Source of the DNA: Flavobacterium sp.
GTDB lineage: Bacteria; Bacteroidota; Bacteroidia; Flavobacteriales; Flavobacteriaceae
Direction of reading: 5' to 3'
Length of the DNA: 64,000 nucleotides
Assembly (NCBI GenBank): GCA_027484725.1
Contig: JAIXSK010000006.1
Location: 9,991-73,990, forward strand
Shown one piece after another: positions 63,779-64,000 of this stretch. The position numbers and the translations under genes were made by a program. Under the pieces are notes generated by a model. The model was not told the origin of the DNA. It ran no database searches and saw only the letters and a list, made by a program, of their open reading frames with translations. Position 1 is the first letter of the stretch; every line of letters starts with the position of its first letter.

Positions 63779-64000
63779 CCCAAAAGACAAAAACTCGATT
63801 ATTGAATATGCAAAATTACTCAAAGGCAAAACTTTGAGAGAGTCCTGTGACTCTAGTGTTTTGCAACATAAATATTCTGGAAAGGGTAATTTCGGTCAAG
63901 TATTAGAGAAGTTTTATTTTGGTTATGAACCCAATTCTCTCGCAGAGGCTGATTTTGCTCAAATTGGAATGGAGTTAAAATCTTCGCCTTTAAAACTTTT
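63762..64000 (+). CDS. Sau3AI/MutH-family restriction endonuclease, N-terminal fragment (runs off the right edge)
   Basis: ATG 63762 overlaps the MTase stop by 17 nt. The translation ...KGNFGQVLEKFYFGYEPNSLAEADFAQIGMELKSSPLKL matches the MutH/Sau3AI signature KG.(V/F)G..LE...G.......(P/A)DF...G(I/V/M)ELK..P. It is not in the supplied track because no stop is reached. Confidence 0.72.
   Translation, partial: MKFPYNPKDKNSIIEYAKLLKGKTLRESCDSSVLQHKYSGKGNFGQVLEKFYFGYEPNSLAEADFAQIGMELKSSPLKL

Overview
This is a 64-kb chromosomal segment with clear Bacteroidota (Flavobacteriia-like) signatures. It has six genes with T9SS C-terminal sorting domains (YPNPTTG.L.I-type tails), TAnnTTTG -7 promoter boxes, a TonB-dependent receptor and several families of short intergenic repeats. 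I call about 62 protein-coding genes, one tRNA-Tyr(GTA) and no rRNA, CRISPR array, transposase or integrase. From left to right the blocks are as follows. (1) 1-5 kb: a PAS fragment, a BON protein, a receiver::Crp/Fnr hybrid regulator and a P-type cation ATPase. (2) 5-9 kb, minus strand: a very tightly packed array of isocitrate dehydrogenase, two paralogous small coiled-coil proteins flanking a 2-TM peptide, a Zn-ribbon protein and Sua5. (3) 9-11.7 kb: LysR, an unclassified structured-RNA candidate, a YegP-like gene and a leaderless GH46-like gene, bracketed by a 40-nt TTAGGG/CCCTAA element. (4) 11.7-20 kb: T9SS cargo (an endonuclease I fusion, a PKD protein, a BNR propeller) and a TonB-dependent receptor with a di-haem peroxidase. 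(5) 20.5-44.4 kb: a persulfide-dioxygenase/rhodanese/TauE/thioredoxin sulfur-stress locus. It is interleaved with a tandemly duplicated T9SS gene pair and two RND efflux operons, one of which is an in-frame CzcA::TolC fusion. (6) 44.5-45.1 kb: tRNA-Tyr followed by duplicated tRNA 3' ends and an 85-bp tandem array. (7) 45-62 kb: housekeeping genes (glmM, ggt, acpH, ClC channel, rhomboid and others). (8) 62.1 kb to the end: a visibly AT-richer HTH / M.Sau3AI-like / Sau3AI-MutH-like restriction-modification module. The most interesting signal is a CRP-type box (TGTGA-N6-TYAYA). It sits at exactly the same distance from the -7 box in three promoters (tauE, PDO-rhodanese operon, tolC-RND operon), next to a stand-alone Crp/Fnr regulator. 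This implies a Crp/Fnr-controlled sulfur-stress regulon that includes an RND pump. All functional calls rest on motifs recognised by eye in the supplied translations. No database search was possible.
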